From a virus (Duplodnaviria > Heunggongvirae > Uroviricota > Caudoviricetes): a stretch of 64,000 nucleotides of DNA. Below the pieces are notes generated by a model. It was not told where the DNA came from. It was given only the letters and a program-made list of their open reading frames with translations, and made no database searches. Position numbers and translations under genes: made by a program. This document shows positions 9,599 to 23,064 of this stretch, piece after piece (within the stretch, counting starts at the first letter, position 1; each line of letters begins with the position of its first letter). The DNA lies in IMG/VR virus record IMGVR_UViG_2778261574_000002. One strand, given 5' to 3'.

Positions 9599-10385
9599 TT
9601 TCCACCTCTTCCGTGGTGTTTTCTTGCAGTTCTGTTAATGCAGCACGACACAGGTTCCGGGCCTTGGCTATAGCCACACTTTTGACTTCATCTGTCATCG
9701 TGCAGGTAATGTACTGATCGAGTTCTTCAGCGCGGATGATGCTTTTGCCAATCAGAAACTGTATTTGCCAGAGCAGATCGGCATCCATAATCAGAATTTC
9801 TGCCGGGCCTTCAGGGCCAGCCGGGAAGGAAACATAAGACTGTTTGCCAAGGCCGATAACTCGACAACTTGCTTCAAGAATTGCGCGCTTGAGGTCTGAC
9901 TTTGTAACTGAAACAGGTTGATTTTCACCTGCGATTACGCCGTTGACATGGATGTGGAAGGGCATGTAGCTTGAAATTCGCTCTACTTTCCATACGCCAG
10001 CAAGCGATCCTTCATGCAGCACAATGGGGGTAACAGCGAGTTTCATCTCACCATATAACTGCTGGCAGATAGCTGGATTGCTGAATACATCCAAAGGTTC
10101 ACACTCAAACAGCGGTGCAATCTGCATGAGGTCCATCATGGTCATACCTGGGGTACGAGCGGTAATGAATCTGCGCATGCCAGTATCCATTGTTCGCCAG
10201 ATAGCTACACCATGCTTTTTGCTCACTTCTTCAGTAAAGCCAAGGTGGCACATGATGGTTTTTTCGATAGCCAGATCAGAGATAGAAACCTTTTCGCCTG
10301 GCACTCCATCATTATTGATGGTCACTTCGACACTCTGGCCATTACGTAGGCGGTATTGAATGGTTTTAGTATTTTGTGCTGTCAT
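9591..10385 (-). CDS. hypothetical protein, co-transcribed with ssb
   Basis: 264-aa ORF with 8-nt overlap onto the PacB-like gene; no recognisable motif. Confidence 0.5.
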   Translation of the reverse strand: MTAQNTKTIQYRLRNGQSVEVTINNDGVPGEKVSISDLAIEKTIMCHLGFTEEVSKKHGVAIWRTMDTGMRRFITARTPGMTMMDLMQIAPLFECEPLDVFSNPAICQQLYGEMKLAVTPIVLHEGSLAGVWKVERISSYMPFHIHVNGVIAGENQPVSVTKSDLKRAILEASCRVIGLGKQSYVSFPAGPEGPAEILIMDADLLWQIQFLIGKSIIRAEELDQYITCTMTDEVKSVAIAKARNLCRAALTELQENTTEEVESD

Positions 10386-10582
10386 AGTCTTTTCTCTGCT
10401 TAAAAACTGATGTATTGCGCCTTCAGGTTGGTTAGGAATGTTTTCCCACCAGCGAAAGCAATATCTCGGGGTGTTCTATTCGTTAAAAGCGCGTGCCATT
10501 GCCAACTTTGGCGTTTTTGAGCGAGTTCGTGCTTTTGTCGGCGTCTGGACCACCGCTTTTCTTTCAGTCGTTTTTTACACAT

Positions 10583-11071
10583 TCAAAACGGAATATCGTC
10601 GTCAAAGTCCATTGGAGGTTCGTTATTGGCGTTGCTCTGAGGTTTACCGCCACCACTGTATTGCTGGTGGTTTTGAGGTTGGTTTGATTGCCCCCAGCCA
10701 TTTGAGGACTGTGAATCGTCACGGCGAGCGCCGATCATTTGCATGGTGCCGCCCTGGCTGACGATAATTTCCGTCGTGTAACGTTCTACACCGGCGTCAT
10801 CTGTCCACTTACGGGTTTTAAGTTTCCCTTCGATGTAGACCTGAGAACCTTTTCGTAAATATTCACTCGCAATTTCAGCAAGTTTCCCGAACAAAACGAC
10901 TTTATGCCATTCTGTTTGCTCTTTCTGTTGGCCCGTTTGCTTGTCGCGCCATGATTCATTCGTTGCGATGCTGAGTCTTCCGACCGCGCCGCCATTTGGT
11001 ATATGCCTGATCTCCGGGTCTTGCCCCAGGGTACCAATCAGGATGACTTTGTTTACACCGCGTTGTGCCAC
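10583..11071 (-). CDS. ssb: single-stranded DNA-binding protein
   Basis: OB-fold N-terminus [20 protein letters not shown], Gly/Gln-rich linker, acidic tail DFDDDIPF. Confidence 0.9.
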   Translation of the reverse strand: MAQRGVNKVILIGTLGQDPEIRHIPNGGAVGRLSIATNESWRDKQTGQQKEQTEWHKVVLFGKLAEIASEYLRKGSQVYIEGKLKTRKWTDDAGVERYTTEIIVSQGGTMQMIGARRDDSQSSNGWGQSNQPQNHQQYSGGGKPQSNANNEPPMDFDDDIPF

Positions 11072-11090
11072 TTATCTTACCTAATAAAAT

Positions 11091-11107
11091 AAATTAATTA
11101 GAGCAAT
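11091..11107 (-). promoter_or_regulatory. C1 repressor operator-like site
   Basis: AAATTAATTAGAGCAAT, 1 mismatch to the reverse complement of ATTGCTCTAATAAATTT; just upstream of ssb. Confidence 0.6.
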
Positions 11108-11240
11108 AATGTATATCTTTGAAACGTAGCTAACAAGTGATTTGCATTATCCTGTGTCTTCTAAAGGGATCGAGTCAGTCGGTATTGGCTGTGAATGGGT
11201 GTTTGTCCTGGAGCGTAAAAAATTCGCTTATGAGGTCTTT

Positions 11241-11798
11241 ATGAAGGGAAAAACAGCCGCAGGAGGCGGTGCAATTTGCGCTATCGCGGTGATGATTACC
11301 ATCGTGATGGGTAATGGCAATGTGCGAACCAACCAGGCGGGGCTTGAGCTGATTGGTAACGCTGAAGGTTGCCGACGTGATCCATACATGTGCCCGGCAG
11401 GGGTATGGACTGACGGGATCGGTAATACACACGGGGTAACGCCGGGTGTGCGAAAAACAGACCAGCAAATCGCCGCTGATTGGGAAAAGAATATCCTGAT
11501 CGCTGAACGCTGTATTAATCAGCACTTCCGGGGCAAAGACATGCCCGATAATGCCTTCAGCGCAATGACAAGCGCGGCATTCAATATGGGATGCAATAGT
11601 TTACGGACCTACTACAGCAAAGCGCGAGGCATGCGAGTCGAAACGTCCATCCACAAGTGGGCGCAGAAAGGGGAATGGGTGAATATGTGTAACCATCTCC
11701 CTGATTTTGTGAACAGTAACGGCGTCCCCCTGCCCGGGTTAAAGATTCGCCGTGAAAAAGAACGCCAGCTTTGCCTGACGGGGCCGGTCAATGAATAA
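11241..11798 (+). CDS. lyz: SAR endolysin Lyz (T4-lysozyme fold)
   Basis: 185 aa; N-terminal SAR segment with Cys13, Cys44, Cys51 exactly as described for P1 Lyz; EGCRRDPYMCPAGVWTDGIGNT lysozyme core. Confidence 0.9.
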   Translation: MKGKTAAGGGAICAIAVMITIVMGNGNVRTNQAGLELIGNAEGCRRDPYMCPAGVWTDGIGNTHGVTPGVRKTDQQIAADWEKNILIAERCINQHFRGKDMPDNAFSAMTSAAFNMGCNSLRTYYSKARGMRVETSIHKWAQKGEWVNMCNHLPDFVNSNGVPLPGLKIRREKERQLCLTGPVNE

Positions 11799-12045
11799 AC
11801 TCCGGCAGCTACGCCGACTTTCGACAATGAAGTTATCGCTGGCGGCGATAGTTTTCGACTCGATTTTCATGGCGGTATATGTGCTCAATGAGACGTGGCC
11901 ACTGGAACCGCTATTATATGCCGGGCTTCGGCTGTGCCTGACATTTTTGAGCATGGCTGCAAGATTGATGCAGCAGAAAGAAACCGCTTCAGATTGCCCA
12001 CGTCGCGCGGTGCGCAAATATATGGCACGCAGACGAAGGCGATAA
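11791..12045 (+). CDS. small membrane protein downstream of lyz, possible lysis accessory
   Basis: 84-aa ORF with TM segment LSLAAIVFDSIFMAVYVL and Arg-rich tail; overlaps lyz stop. Confidence 0.4.
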   Translation: MNKLRQLRRLSTMKLSLAAIVFDSIFMAVYVLNETWPLEPLLYAGLRLCLTFLSMAARLMQQKETASDCPRRAVRKYMARRRRR

Positions 12046-12056
12046 TAGTTAACGAG

Positions 12057-12085
12057 AACCCCGGCAGCCGCCGGGGTTATTTTTG
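12057..12085 (+). terminator. rho-independent terminator
   Basis: CCCCGGC-AGC-GCCGGGG stem followed by TTATTTTT. Confidence 0.6.
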
Positions 12086-12089
12086 GTGG

Positions 12090-14820
<2,731 letters not shown>

Positions 14821-14886
14821 TTAATTAGAATAATTCGCATCGTGTTTTAACGGAATTTAACACTAGTCACTTGTTAAGGATTACCA

Positions 14887-17800
14887 ATGAACAAGCTATC
14901 TATGGGGGTGTTTCGCTGTTCAAGTGTCAGCGAAATATTGAAATACATTAGGGCAATAACATCTCACCGAGCGCCGATTAAATACGGCGTGGAAAAGGTG
15001 GAAGGCAAAAGCTATGACCGACTGCGCCGGGAGGCGAATCAGAAGGCGATAGATTTGCTTAATTCGCTGGTGGACGGCGCGACACTGACAGATGAACAGC
15101 GCCAGATCCTGGCCGGGTACACTGGTGAAGGCGGCATTGGCGGGTCCGTCTCCGAATATTACACACCAAAGCCTATCGCTGAAGGTGTCTGGGAGATCAT
15201 GAAGCTCTACGGCGCGGACGTAGGTAACACTCTGGAACCATCGGCGGGAACCGGCGTTTTTAATGAGACAAAACCGGTTGGTACGGTGATGACCGCGACT
15301 GAGATCAGCAGTGTTTCCGGTCGTATAAACCAGTTGTTACACCCGGAAGACAGCGTACAGATTTCCCCGTTCGAACAGCTGGCTATAAACACGCCTAACG
15401 ATTCATTCGACCATGTTGTGGGTAACGTTCCGTTCGGCGGTCGTGATAACACACGCAACATCGATAAGCCTTACGCAGAAGAAACGGACATGGGGTCTTA
15501 CTTCATGCTCCGCATGCTGGACAAGATAAAACCTGGCGGATTCATGTGTGTGATTGTGCCGCCGTCCATTGTTTCAGGTTCAAACATGAAGCGGTTACGC
15601 CTGCGCTTATCCCGTAAAGCTGAATTTCTTGGTGCCCACCGCCTGCCTACCGGTACTTTTGACGCAAACGGGACCAGTACGGTCGTAGATGTGGTGCTGA
15701 TGCGCAAACATCCGGCAGAGATGGCTGAGAAAATCCCCCTGGTGGATGAAAGCACTCTTGAATCGGCAAATGTGCTTTGGCCAACGTTTATTTCTGGCAA
15801 GTGGTTTGAAAAGGATGGCCGCCGGTTTGTTCATGGCACCCAGGAAAAGGGCTTCCAGGGGCGTATTGAGGTTCGTGCCGACGGTCAGATTGATAACCAG
15901 GCTCTTAAAGCGAAGCTGATTCATCGTTTCGAAAGCCGTATCGACTGGTCTTTGCTCGATATGGCTGAACCGTCACCGACCGCAGACGTTGTTGGTGAAG
16001 GGGAAATGCGCCTGATTAATGGCGTATGGCAAAAATATGCTGGTGGTCGCTGGATTGAAGCTGATGCCGGGAAGGAACTTAAGATCGATGCTGCCAGTTA
16101 TGGCGCGGATAGCTGGGAGGCTCTTCAGCGTAACCTGACTACAACAGAAGGCCGTCTCGGCATGACATTTACCCAGATGGCAAATGTCCGCGATAAGTAC
16201 ACCACATCAATCAGCGACGATATGGTGCAGCTGGTGGACTGGATTAACAGCCAGCCTGAAAAATACCGTGAACGCTTGTATCGCGGGGCGATGATTGGCC
16301 GGATGTTAATTGAATATCAGGACATGAAGGCCGCCGGGCATAGTGCTGAACAAATCGAACAACAGCGCCTTTCTCTGGTGTCCCGTTTGCAGGCAGAGAT
16401 TGACCGTTTTGGTAACCCCGGTCGCGGTCCGATAGCTAAATTATCGGGAAGCGGTGCGCGCTCCTGGTTTGCTTTCCGTGGTGCAATTAAGCTGGATGGC
16501 ACTATTTCTGACGAGCTGGCAGGAAAGCTGGTTACGCATGATTCCAGCGCCAGTTATGACTCCACCAGCTATCAGGACACCCTGCGTTATCTCTATAGCG
16601 ATCTTACCCGCGATCCAATCCAGCTCGATGATTTCCGCCTTGCGTTTACCGGCGAACTGCCAGCCAGTGATGAAGAGTTGCTTAATTTATTGGCCAGCAC
16701 CCCTGGTATTGCGGTTTCACCGTATGGCGGGATTGTTCCGTTCGCCCGCGCCACCAGCGGCGACATTAACGAGATAGTGGCTCCAAAACAGGAATTCCTT
16801 GCCACACTCCCCGACGGTCCAGTAAAGAACAACGTCCTTAATCAGCTGGCAGCGATCGAAGAGAAGCGCATCAAGACGCCAGCAGAGAATATCCGCTTTA
16901 AGCTCAATAGCCGTTGGTTCGACCGCTCCGTCATTCTGGAGTTTTTGCAGGAAAACGGCTATCCGGATCTGCGCTATGTGCAGTCAGTGCAGCTGGAAGG
17001 CGACGAAATGGTTTCTGACACCTATCACGGTGGTGATGGTCTGTTCGTCGGGCACCGATACGGTGTCGTCCAGCGCAAGGATAAAGAAACAGGCGAGATC
17101 CGCTACGAGTGGGACCGTAAATCAGGTGAAAACGCGACCGGGTTCCCGGCACAGCTGGAAAAGTATCTCAATGGTGCGCGTATCGGTGGCAAAGATAGCG
17201 CGACGGCGAACGGCTACCGCGAGCAGATGGCACTGCTTGAGGACCAGTTCAATAAGTGGATCAAGACGCACGATCGCTACGATGAGCTGGTTGCCAAATA
17301 CAACGATGTTTTCAATAGCAATATCCCGTATGAACACTCTGGCGATCCGCTTGGGTTGAAGGGATTAAGCGGTAAGCGACAGCCATTTGATTACCAGAAT
17401 AGCGAGGTGCGCCGACTGTCCGAAGATGGGCGCGGCATCCTGGGCTTCGGTACCGGGCTGGGTAAAACCACGACCGCGCTGGCGCTTGAGGCGTTCAACT
17501 ATGAGAACGGTCGTTCCACCCGTACTGCGTATGTAGTGCCTAAATCAGTGCTGGAAAACTGGTATTACGAAGCAAAAGAGTTTCTGAGTGAAGAGGCATT
17601 CAGTAACTACCTGTTCGTCGGTCTTGATGTGCTGATGGATGGCGATCAGATTCGCCAGGTGCCGGTGCTCGATGAGAACGGTAAACCTGTCGTTGGTGCA
17701 GATGGCACTCCCGTTATGCGCGATGCCCTTAAGCTGGCAGATGAAGCCACTATCACGGCGCGGATGAACGCGATCCCGCACTCAAACTACCGTGCAGTCG

Positions 17801-20800
17801 TGTTTACCAAAGAACAATACGCCCGCATTCCGCTACGTGATGACACCGTAGATGAGCATGCACAAGACATGCTTTATGACTTCGTTGCCGCCGGGCGCGT
17901 AGCCAGCGCAATGGATTCCGACTCCCATCGTAAAGAGGCGGCGCGTCGCCGGGTATTGTCGGAGTATTCAGATACCGGTACCGAAAAAGCAGAGAAATAT
18001 CCGTACTTTGAGGATATGGGCTTCGATAGTGTGATCGCCGACGAAGGCCACAACTACCGCAATAGCTATAAAAATGGTCGCGAAGCGTCACAACTGGCCT
18101 ATCTGCCCACCAGCGCGGTGGCGCAATCGGCGCGGGATATGGCAATCAAAAACGCGTACCTGATGAAAAAGAATGGCGGGCGCGGGCCGGTTCTCCTGAC
18201 TGCAACGCCAGTCGTTAACACCCCGATCGATGCATACAACATGCTTTCTCATGTTCTGCCGAAGGAATACTGGCAGAAGATGGGGATCTACGGTCCTGAT
18301 GACTTCGTTAAATTCTTCGGCAAGACCAGGCTGGAAACGGTACAGAAAATCAGCGGTGAAGTTGAAGAAAAAATGGCGCTGGTGGGCTTTGAAAACCTTG
18401 ATGCGCTGCGCGGCATATTCCATCGCTGGACAACGCTTAAAACGGCGGAAGACGTTAAGGATACCGTGGAGATCCCGGAGCTGGACGAACACCAGCAGGA
18501 TGCACCACTTACTGAAGAACAACTGGCGGCGTATGAAGAATTGCGTCAGCAGGCGGAAGCGGCGGCCAAAGCCAACAATGGCGTAACGACCTCGGTCGAT
18601 GAAGACGGAGTGATTGAGCACGAGAAAGCCCGTCCGATCTTCTCAATAATCAGGGATATGGACCGCGTATGTACTGACATGGACCTGTACTATCGCCGGA
18701 TCACCTATCGTTTCCTGCCGGAGTACGCCGATGCGGTGCAGCAGCTGGCGGACAGTTTGCCCAAACAAGCCACCAGCGAAGACGACGACAGTGATGATTC
18801 AATCACGCAGCAATCGCAATACTCCCTGATAGATAAGGGCGAGTTTATTCAGTTGCAGGTTCCGGAAGCGTTCGAGCAGGAAGTGAATAAGCGCTTGGCC
18901 AAGTTTGGCATTGACGAACAGACTGTAACTCACCCCGTTACGCCCAAATACGTGAAGCTGATCGCCACGCTGAAGGAGTTTTTCCCGGAAGGTAAGCAAA
19001 TCATCTTCACGGACGAAAAAACGCAGCACCAGAAGCTCAAGCGCATTATCTGCAATGCTCTTAACCTTGAACCTTCAAAGGTGGGGATCCTGAATGCTCA
19101 GACGGTTGCCGAGGCAGGTAAAACCGGTAAGAAACTGAAAGCGGTTAAACCGCCGAAAGAGTTACCGGATGAACCAACAGATGCACAGATAGCGAAATAC
19201 AACGAGCAAATGGCTCTGTATGACGCCTATATCGCGCAGCAGAATGAAATGTCGTTGGGCGGTCTGGAAAAGATTGCAGCCGACTTCCAGGAGGGCCGGA
19301 CTCCGATCATCATCTGCAACAAAAAGGCAGAGGTGGGTATCAACCTGCATCGAGGAACGACTGACATCCATCATCTGACGTTGCCATGGACACCAGCCAG
19401 TATCGCACAGCGTAACGGTCGCGGTGCTCGAGTTGGCTCCAACCGTGCAAGCGTTCGCGTTCACTACTACTGCGGCAAGGGGTCTTTCGATGAATACCGA
19501 TTGAAGACGCTGAAGCGTAAAGCAGGCTGGATCTCCGATATCCTCCGTTCAGATAAGTCGGAAATGGAGAACGCCGACGCCAATGACATGATCGAAATGC
19601 AGATGTATACCGCGAAGGATGACGGCGAACGTCTGGCAATGATGCAGGTTCAAATGGATAAGGCGAAAGCTGCGAAACGCGCTCGCCAGAAAGAACAGGC
19701 TACTATCGACCTTCAGAATTACATCAAGGCGCAGCACGCAGCTGGCGAGGATGTGGAGGTACTTACCGCTGAATTAAAGCGAAGCAAAGCGGAACTTGAA
19801 AAGACCACCGCCGAGGTAGCTAAATTCAAACAGGCGGTAATGGCCAAAGCAGCTGATAACGCAGACTGGAAAGCCCGCTGGGGTAGCGTCCATCACACAG
19901 ACCGTACGTTGTTAGCACAGTATCGCGCGTCGTTGAAAAGCGCCATTCAGCGCAAGGCTAATATCTCTCAGGCCATCTCCCGCTATGAGAAATTATTGAA
20001 CCGTACTCAGAAGGCCGCGACGGATATCAAACGCCTGCGCCCGCTGGTGGAGGATGCAATAAATAAAGGCATTCTGGATGTTGATCCTGATCTGGTTAAC
20101 CATGCGAATGAGTTCCTTGTTATCGGCGATCGCTCATGGCGTGTAGGCCAATACTACGATTGTGCCGGTGATATCGTTCGCATTAAGTCGTTGGACTTCG
20201 ACAGCCAGCGCGCAGACGTGGAGATCATCTTTACCTTAAGAGGCACCAAATCGGGTAACTGGGATGTGAAGACGCTGGATAAACAGGTGGATGTAACTCC
20301 CGATGAAGATGCTGTTATGCAGAAAATCAGTGGTGGCGTCTCCATCGCCGGGATTAACGACATCATTTCCTGTGACGATTTCTACCGTTTCCAGCAGCGC
20401 GGCATGATCAAAATCACTGACTCATACGGCGTTCAGACTACAGAGTCAGGCTATAGCATCGATTTTGTTGGTACCTATACGGACCCACTGAAGCATGCGG
20501 TTTACCCGGATCGCCGTGACGGCGCGCTGAAGTCGTCAATTGCAAAATGGGTGCTTGGTATGATGTCGGAAGGGAATAACCGCCAGATCCGTTCGGCAGA
20601 AACATTCCTGGTTGAACTGTTTGGCTCCAATTATGGCGATGTAATCGCGTCATACGGAGATACGCTATCCCCTGAAGCAATTCAGGAGAAAATAGCGGAT
20701 GCGATCGCCAGAATGCCGGAAAAAACAAGCCAGGGGGCTACTCGTAACGGGGATTCTGAACTTGAAGTCACCAATGCCATTTTCGGTACCAATGAGTTCC

Positions 20801-21654
20801 GGGCGTCAGATTATGAGATCACCACAGCACAGTTTGGCACCATTGGCATTTACAGCAATAAAGACGAGATCAAACAGGCAATGGACGCAGCAAGCGCGCG
20901 CATTGCAGCAGAACGGAAAGTCAATCTGAATCATGCAGTCGCCGCGCTGACTCAATCGTGGGTAACAGCAATCAGGGAGGCCGCCACCACAGGAAAAATC
21001 ACACCGGCAATTGCGGATGTCGTAAACGACGGCTCTAAATTTATGGATGCCTATAAAATGGATGCGGTGCAGTTGCCATCAGCCTATGGGCAACTCAGCT
21101 ATCGCATGACCTACAACCTGGTATCAATGTTTACCGACCTTGCCATCCTTGGGCTGGTGGACCTTAACGAGGTTACGCCGGAATTGCTCAGCATGCGCAA
21201 GAATCATGTGGAGATATTGCACAGAATTAACACGGTACTTGCCGGGCGCACCGATGAAGAGAAACAGGCAGACGCTGATCGGATAAACCTGGCCCTTGGC
21301 AACATCACGGAGGAAGAAATTGCTGCCAGAAACGAGAAACAAGAAGAGTTATCATCAATACAGGGTGATGCCACCAGCATAGCTCAGTCTCTTGGTCTGA
21401 ATTATCGCGTATCCACCGCCGACCTGAAGATGATGTACGCACCAAAATTCGCCGCTGGCGAGGTATTTGGGCTTCAGGAAGCCTCCGGCATGAAAGGGGT
21501 TCTTTTCCGTGCGAAAGACGCAATCAAGGCGAAATTCGGCGCTCGCTGGTTGCCAGCGAAGGCGAAGAACAGCGACTTCCCAGGTAACTGGTGGATTATC
21601 GAGACAAAACACAACGTGGCGGACGTTCTGGCCGTCATCCAACAATACGCATAA
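14887..21654 (+). CDS. darB: DarB, giant anti-restriction methyltransferase/helicase
   Basis: 2255 aa as in P1 DarB; N-terminal MTase-like NVPFGG motif, central helicase motifs (GTGLGKTT-like, ADEGHNYRN, LLTATPV). Confidence 0.9.
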   Translation: MNKLSMGVFRCSSVSEILKYIRAITSHRAPIKYGVEKVEGKSYDRLRREANQKAIDLLNSLVDGATLTDEQRQILAGYTGEGGIGGSVSEYYTPKPIAEGVWEIMKLYGADVGNTLEPSAGTGVFNETKPVGTVMTATEISSVSGRINQLLHPEDSVQISPFEQLAINTPNDSFDHVVGNVPFGGRDNTRNIDKPYAEETDMGSYFMLRMLDKIKPGGFMCVIVPPSIVSGSNMKRLRLRLSRKAEFLGAHRLPTGTFDANGTSTVVDVVLMRKHPAEMAEKIPLVDESTLESANVLWPTFISGKWFEKDGRRFVHGTQEKGFQGRIEVRADGQIDNQALKAKLIHRFESRIDWSLLDMAEPSPTADVVGEGEMRLINGVWQKYAGGRWIEADAGKELKIDAASYGADSWEALQRNLTTTEGRLGMTFTQMANVRDKYTTSISDDMVQLVDWINSQPEKYRERLYRGAMIGRMLIEYQDMKAAGHSAEQIEQQRLSLVSRLQAEIDRFGNPGRGPIAKLSGSGARSWFAFRGAIKLDGTISDELAGKLVTHDSSASYDSTSYQDTLRYLYSDLTRDPIQLDDFRLAFTGELPASDEELLNLLASTPGIAVSPYGGIVPFARATSGDINEIVAPKQEFLATLPDGPVKNNVLNQLAAIEEKRIKTPAENIRFKLNSRWFDRSVILEFLQENGYPDLRYVQSVQLEGDEMVSDTYHGGDGLFVGHRYGVVQRKDKETGEIRYEWDRKSGENATGFPAQLEKYLNGARIGGKDSATANGYREQMALLEDQFNKWIKTHDRYDELVAKYNDVFNSNIPYEHSGDPLGLKGLSGKRQPFDYQNSEVRRLSEDGRGILGFGTGLGKTTTALALEAFNYENGRSTRTAYVVPKSVLENWYYEAKEFLSEEAFSNYLFVGLDVLMDGDQIRQVPVLDENGKPVVGADGTPVMRDALKLADEATITARMNAIPHSNYRAVVFTKEQYARIPLRDDTVDEHAQDMLYDFVAAGRVASAMDSDSHRKEAARRRVLSEYSDTGTEKAEKYPYFEDMGFDSVIADEGHNYRNSYKNGREASQLAYLPTSAVAQSARDMAIKNAYLMKKNGGRGPVLLTATPVVNTPIDAYNMLSHVLPKEYWQKMGIYGPDDFVKFFGKTRLETVQKISGEVEEKMALVGFENLDALRGIFHRWTTLKTAEDVKDTVEIPELDEHQQDAPLTEEQLAAYEELRQQAEAAAKANNGVTTSVDEDGVIEHEKARPIFSIIRDMDRVCTDMDLYYRRITYRFLPEYADAVQQLADSLPKQATSEDDDSDDSITQQSQYSLIDKGEFIQLQVPEAFEQEVNKRLAKFGIDEQTVTHPVTPKYVKLIATLKEFFPEGKQIIFTDEKTQHQKLKRIICNALNLEPSKVGILNAQTVAEAGKTGKKLKAVKPPKELPDEPTDAQIAKYNEQMALYDAYIAQQNEMSLGGLEKIAADFQEGRTPIIICNKKAEVGINLHRGTTDIHHLTLPWTPASIAQRNGRGARVGSNRASVRVHYYCGKGSFDEYRLKTLKRKAGWISDILRSDKSEMENADANDMIEMQMYTAKDDGERLAMMQVQMDKAKAAKRARQKEQATIDLQNYIKAQHAAGEDVEVLTAELKRSKAELEKTTAEVAKFKQAVMAKAADNADWKARWGSVHHTDRTLLAQYRASLKSAIQRKANISQAISRYEKLLNRTQKAATDIKRLRPLVEDAINKGILDVDPDLVNHANEFLVIGDRSWRVGQYYDCAGDIVRIKSLDFDSQRADVEIIFTLRGTKSGNWDVKTLDKQVDVTPDEDAVMQKISGGVSIAGINDIISCDDFYRFQQRGMIKITDSYGVQTTESGYSIDFVGTYTDPLKHAVYPDRRDGALKSSIAKWVLGMMSEGNNRQIRSAETFLVELFGSNYGDVIASYGDTLSPEAIQEKIADAIARMPEKTSQGATRNGDSELEVTNAIFGTNEFRASDYEITTAQFGTIGIYSNKDEIKQAMDAASARIAAERKVNLNHAVAALTQSWVTAIREAATTGKITPAIADVVNDGSKFMDAYKMDAVQLPSAYGQLSYRMTYNLVSMFTDLAILGLVDLNEVTPELLSMRKNHVEILHRINTVLAGRTDEEKQADADRINLALGNITEEEIAARNEKQEELSSIQGDATSIAQSLGLNYRVSTADLKMMYAPKFAAGEVFGLQEASGMKGVLFRAKDAIKAKFGARWLPAKAKNSDFPGNWWIIETKHNVADVLAVIQQYA

Positions 21655-21687
21655 CAGGAGCGCCCGGTTCGCCGGGCGTCGCATAAT

Positions 21688-22128
21688 ATGGCCACACTAT
21701 CTGATACAATAAAACCGAATAAAACATATCTTGAGGCGGTACTCCGTACAGCGTTGTTAGGAAAGACAGAAGACGAATACGTTGATTTCTTCCTGTCAGG
21801 GCTACGCGGGCGATTACTGAAAAATCCCCGCCTGTACCGCAGCTATGGTCCATACTGGCCGGAAATTAAAAAATTATTACTGGAGCGCGGTTATGGTAAT
21901 TTCGGTCGTCTCGTTGACCGTGACGTTCGCAAAATTTACCGTTATGACCGCCCGGCGCTAACACTCATAGCCGCGACGCTCTACAGCCAGGAGCGTTTTG
22001 ATAATGGTCAGATATACTCAGCCTGGCATTTACTGCCAGTGCCTGAAGAAGTTGACGACCAGGACTATGAGTTTGAGTCTTACGATTTGGAAGTTGAAGC
22101 CTTGGCACAGGCTGGAGAGAAAACTTGA
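21688..22128 (+). CDS. ulx: Ulx-position protein
   Basis: 146-aa ORF directly downstream of darB and 4-nt overlapped with the next gene, as ulx-lxc in P1. Confidence 0.55.
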   Translation: MATLSDTIKPNKTYLEAVLRTALLGKTEDEYVDFFLSGLRGRLLKNPRLYRSYGPYWPEIKKLLLERGYGNFGRLVDRDVRKIYRYDRPALTLIAATLYSQERFDNGQIYSAWHLLPVPEEVDDQDYEFESYDLEVEALAQAGEKT

Positions 22129-22373
22129 AAAAGCGATACTACACAGTAAAGCATGGGACGCTACGAGCATTACAAGAGTTTGCTGACAAGCATAACGTTG
22201 AGGTGCGCAGGGAAGGGGGAAGTAAAGCTCTGCGCATGTACCGTCCGGACGGGAAATGGCGTACAGTCGTCGATTTCAAAACAAACAGTGTTCCCCAGGG
22301 CGTCCGCGACCGGGCATTCGAAGAATGGGAGCAGATCATCATAGATAATGCATTGCTTCTCAATGCTGATTGA
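22125..22373 (+). CDS. lxc: Lxc/Bof, C1 co-repressor modulator
   Basis: 82-aa basic protein; size and position match P1 Bof/Lxc. Confidence 0.6.
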   Translation: MKKRYYTVKHGTLRALQEFADKHNVEVRREGGSKALRMYRPDGKWRTVVDFKTNSVPQGVRDRAFEEWEQIIIDNALLLNAD

Positions 22374-22382
22374 GTTTTGTTG

Positions 22383-22406
22383 GCCCGGTTTGCACCGGGC
22401 GTTTCA
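22383..22406 (+). terminator. terminator-like hairpin after lxc
   Basis: GCCCGGT-TTGC-ACCGGGC then GTTTCAC; weak T tract. Confidence 0.4.
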
Positions 22407-22455
22407 CAAACAATCAACTGGTTTGTAGTTCCTGCGGCGAGATGAATTATTAATA

Positions 22456-23064
22456 TTATCGTGGTGCCGATGATGCGATAGCCTGTATGATGTTATCAAT
22501 ATCGTTATCGTTCAGCATGAATATAGGTACACCATTAGAGTTTGCATTTTTTTCAGTGCTCATCAAACAAAGCCCCTCATACATGCCGCGAGTTTTTTTG
22601 AAATTGGCGACTGATGGAGTGGTGTAATTTCCTTTAAAGTGCATTCCGGCTGATTCATAAAAAGGAACCAAATCAGACTGGCAAATCAAAGCGACCTCAT
22701 TTGGAAATGCAAGTATTTCTGCCAGTATATTACTTCCAAGTCCATTACCACGATATTGCTCATATACATATATTTTATGACAGTACAACGGAAAATTTCC
22801 CGATGGATGTCCGAAGATTAAGGCGTATCCGAACAAGTTTTCTTCATTAGTAAAGCCCATAATGCGCAAATGACCGGCTCGGTAACACTCTTCAAAAACG
22901 TTAATTATGTAGCTTCTCGCTGCTTTCAGCTCCTCTTCTGTCGGGAACATCATCAACCCCATAAGCGATGGAGTATAGGCCAGATCCTGAAGAATCCCAT
23001 TAGCTTCATTTTCGAAAATTAGCGGTAAGTGCGGTACAATTTCATTTGCCGAGGTATTAGACAT
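22456..23064 (-). CDS. GNAT-family N-acetyltransferase (cargo gene)
   Basis: YVYEQYRGNGLGSNILAEIL contains the GNAT R-x-x-G-x-G acetyl-CoA motif; gene and flanks visibly AT-rich. Confidence 0.8.
   Translation of the reverse strand: MSNTSANEIVPHLPLIFENEANGILQDLAYTPSLMGLMMFPTEEELKAARSYIINVFEECYRAGHLRIMGFTNEENLFGYALIFGHPSGNFPLYCHKIYVYEQYRGNGLGSNILAEILAFPNEVALICQSDLVPFYESAGMHFKGNYTTPSVANFKKTRGMYEGLCLMSTEKNANSNGVPIFMLNDNDIDNIIQAIASSAPR

Noticed and set aside
21659-21680. GC-rich hairpin right after the darB stop
   Set aside because: Stem GCGCCCGG/CCGGGCG is not followed by a T tract on either strand, so not called as a terminator
15207-21853. Multiple 60-110-aa ORFs on the minus strand inside darB
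   Set aside because: All are embedded antisense in a 6.8-kb gene with clear motifs; no RBS or operon logic
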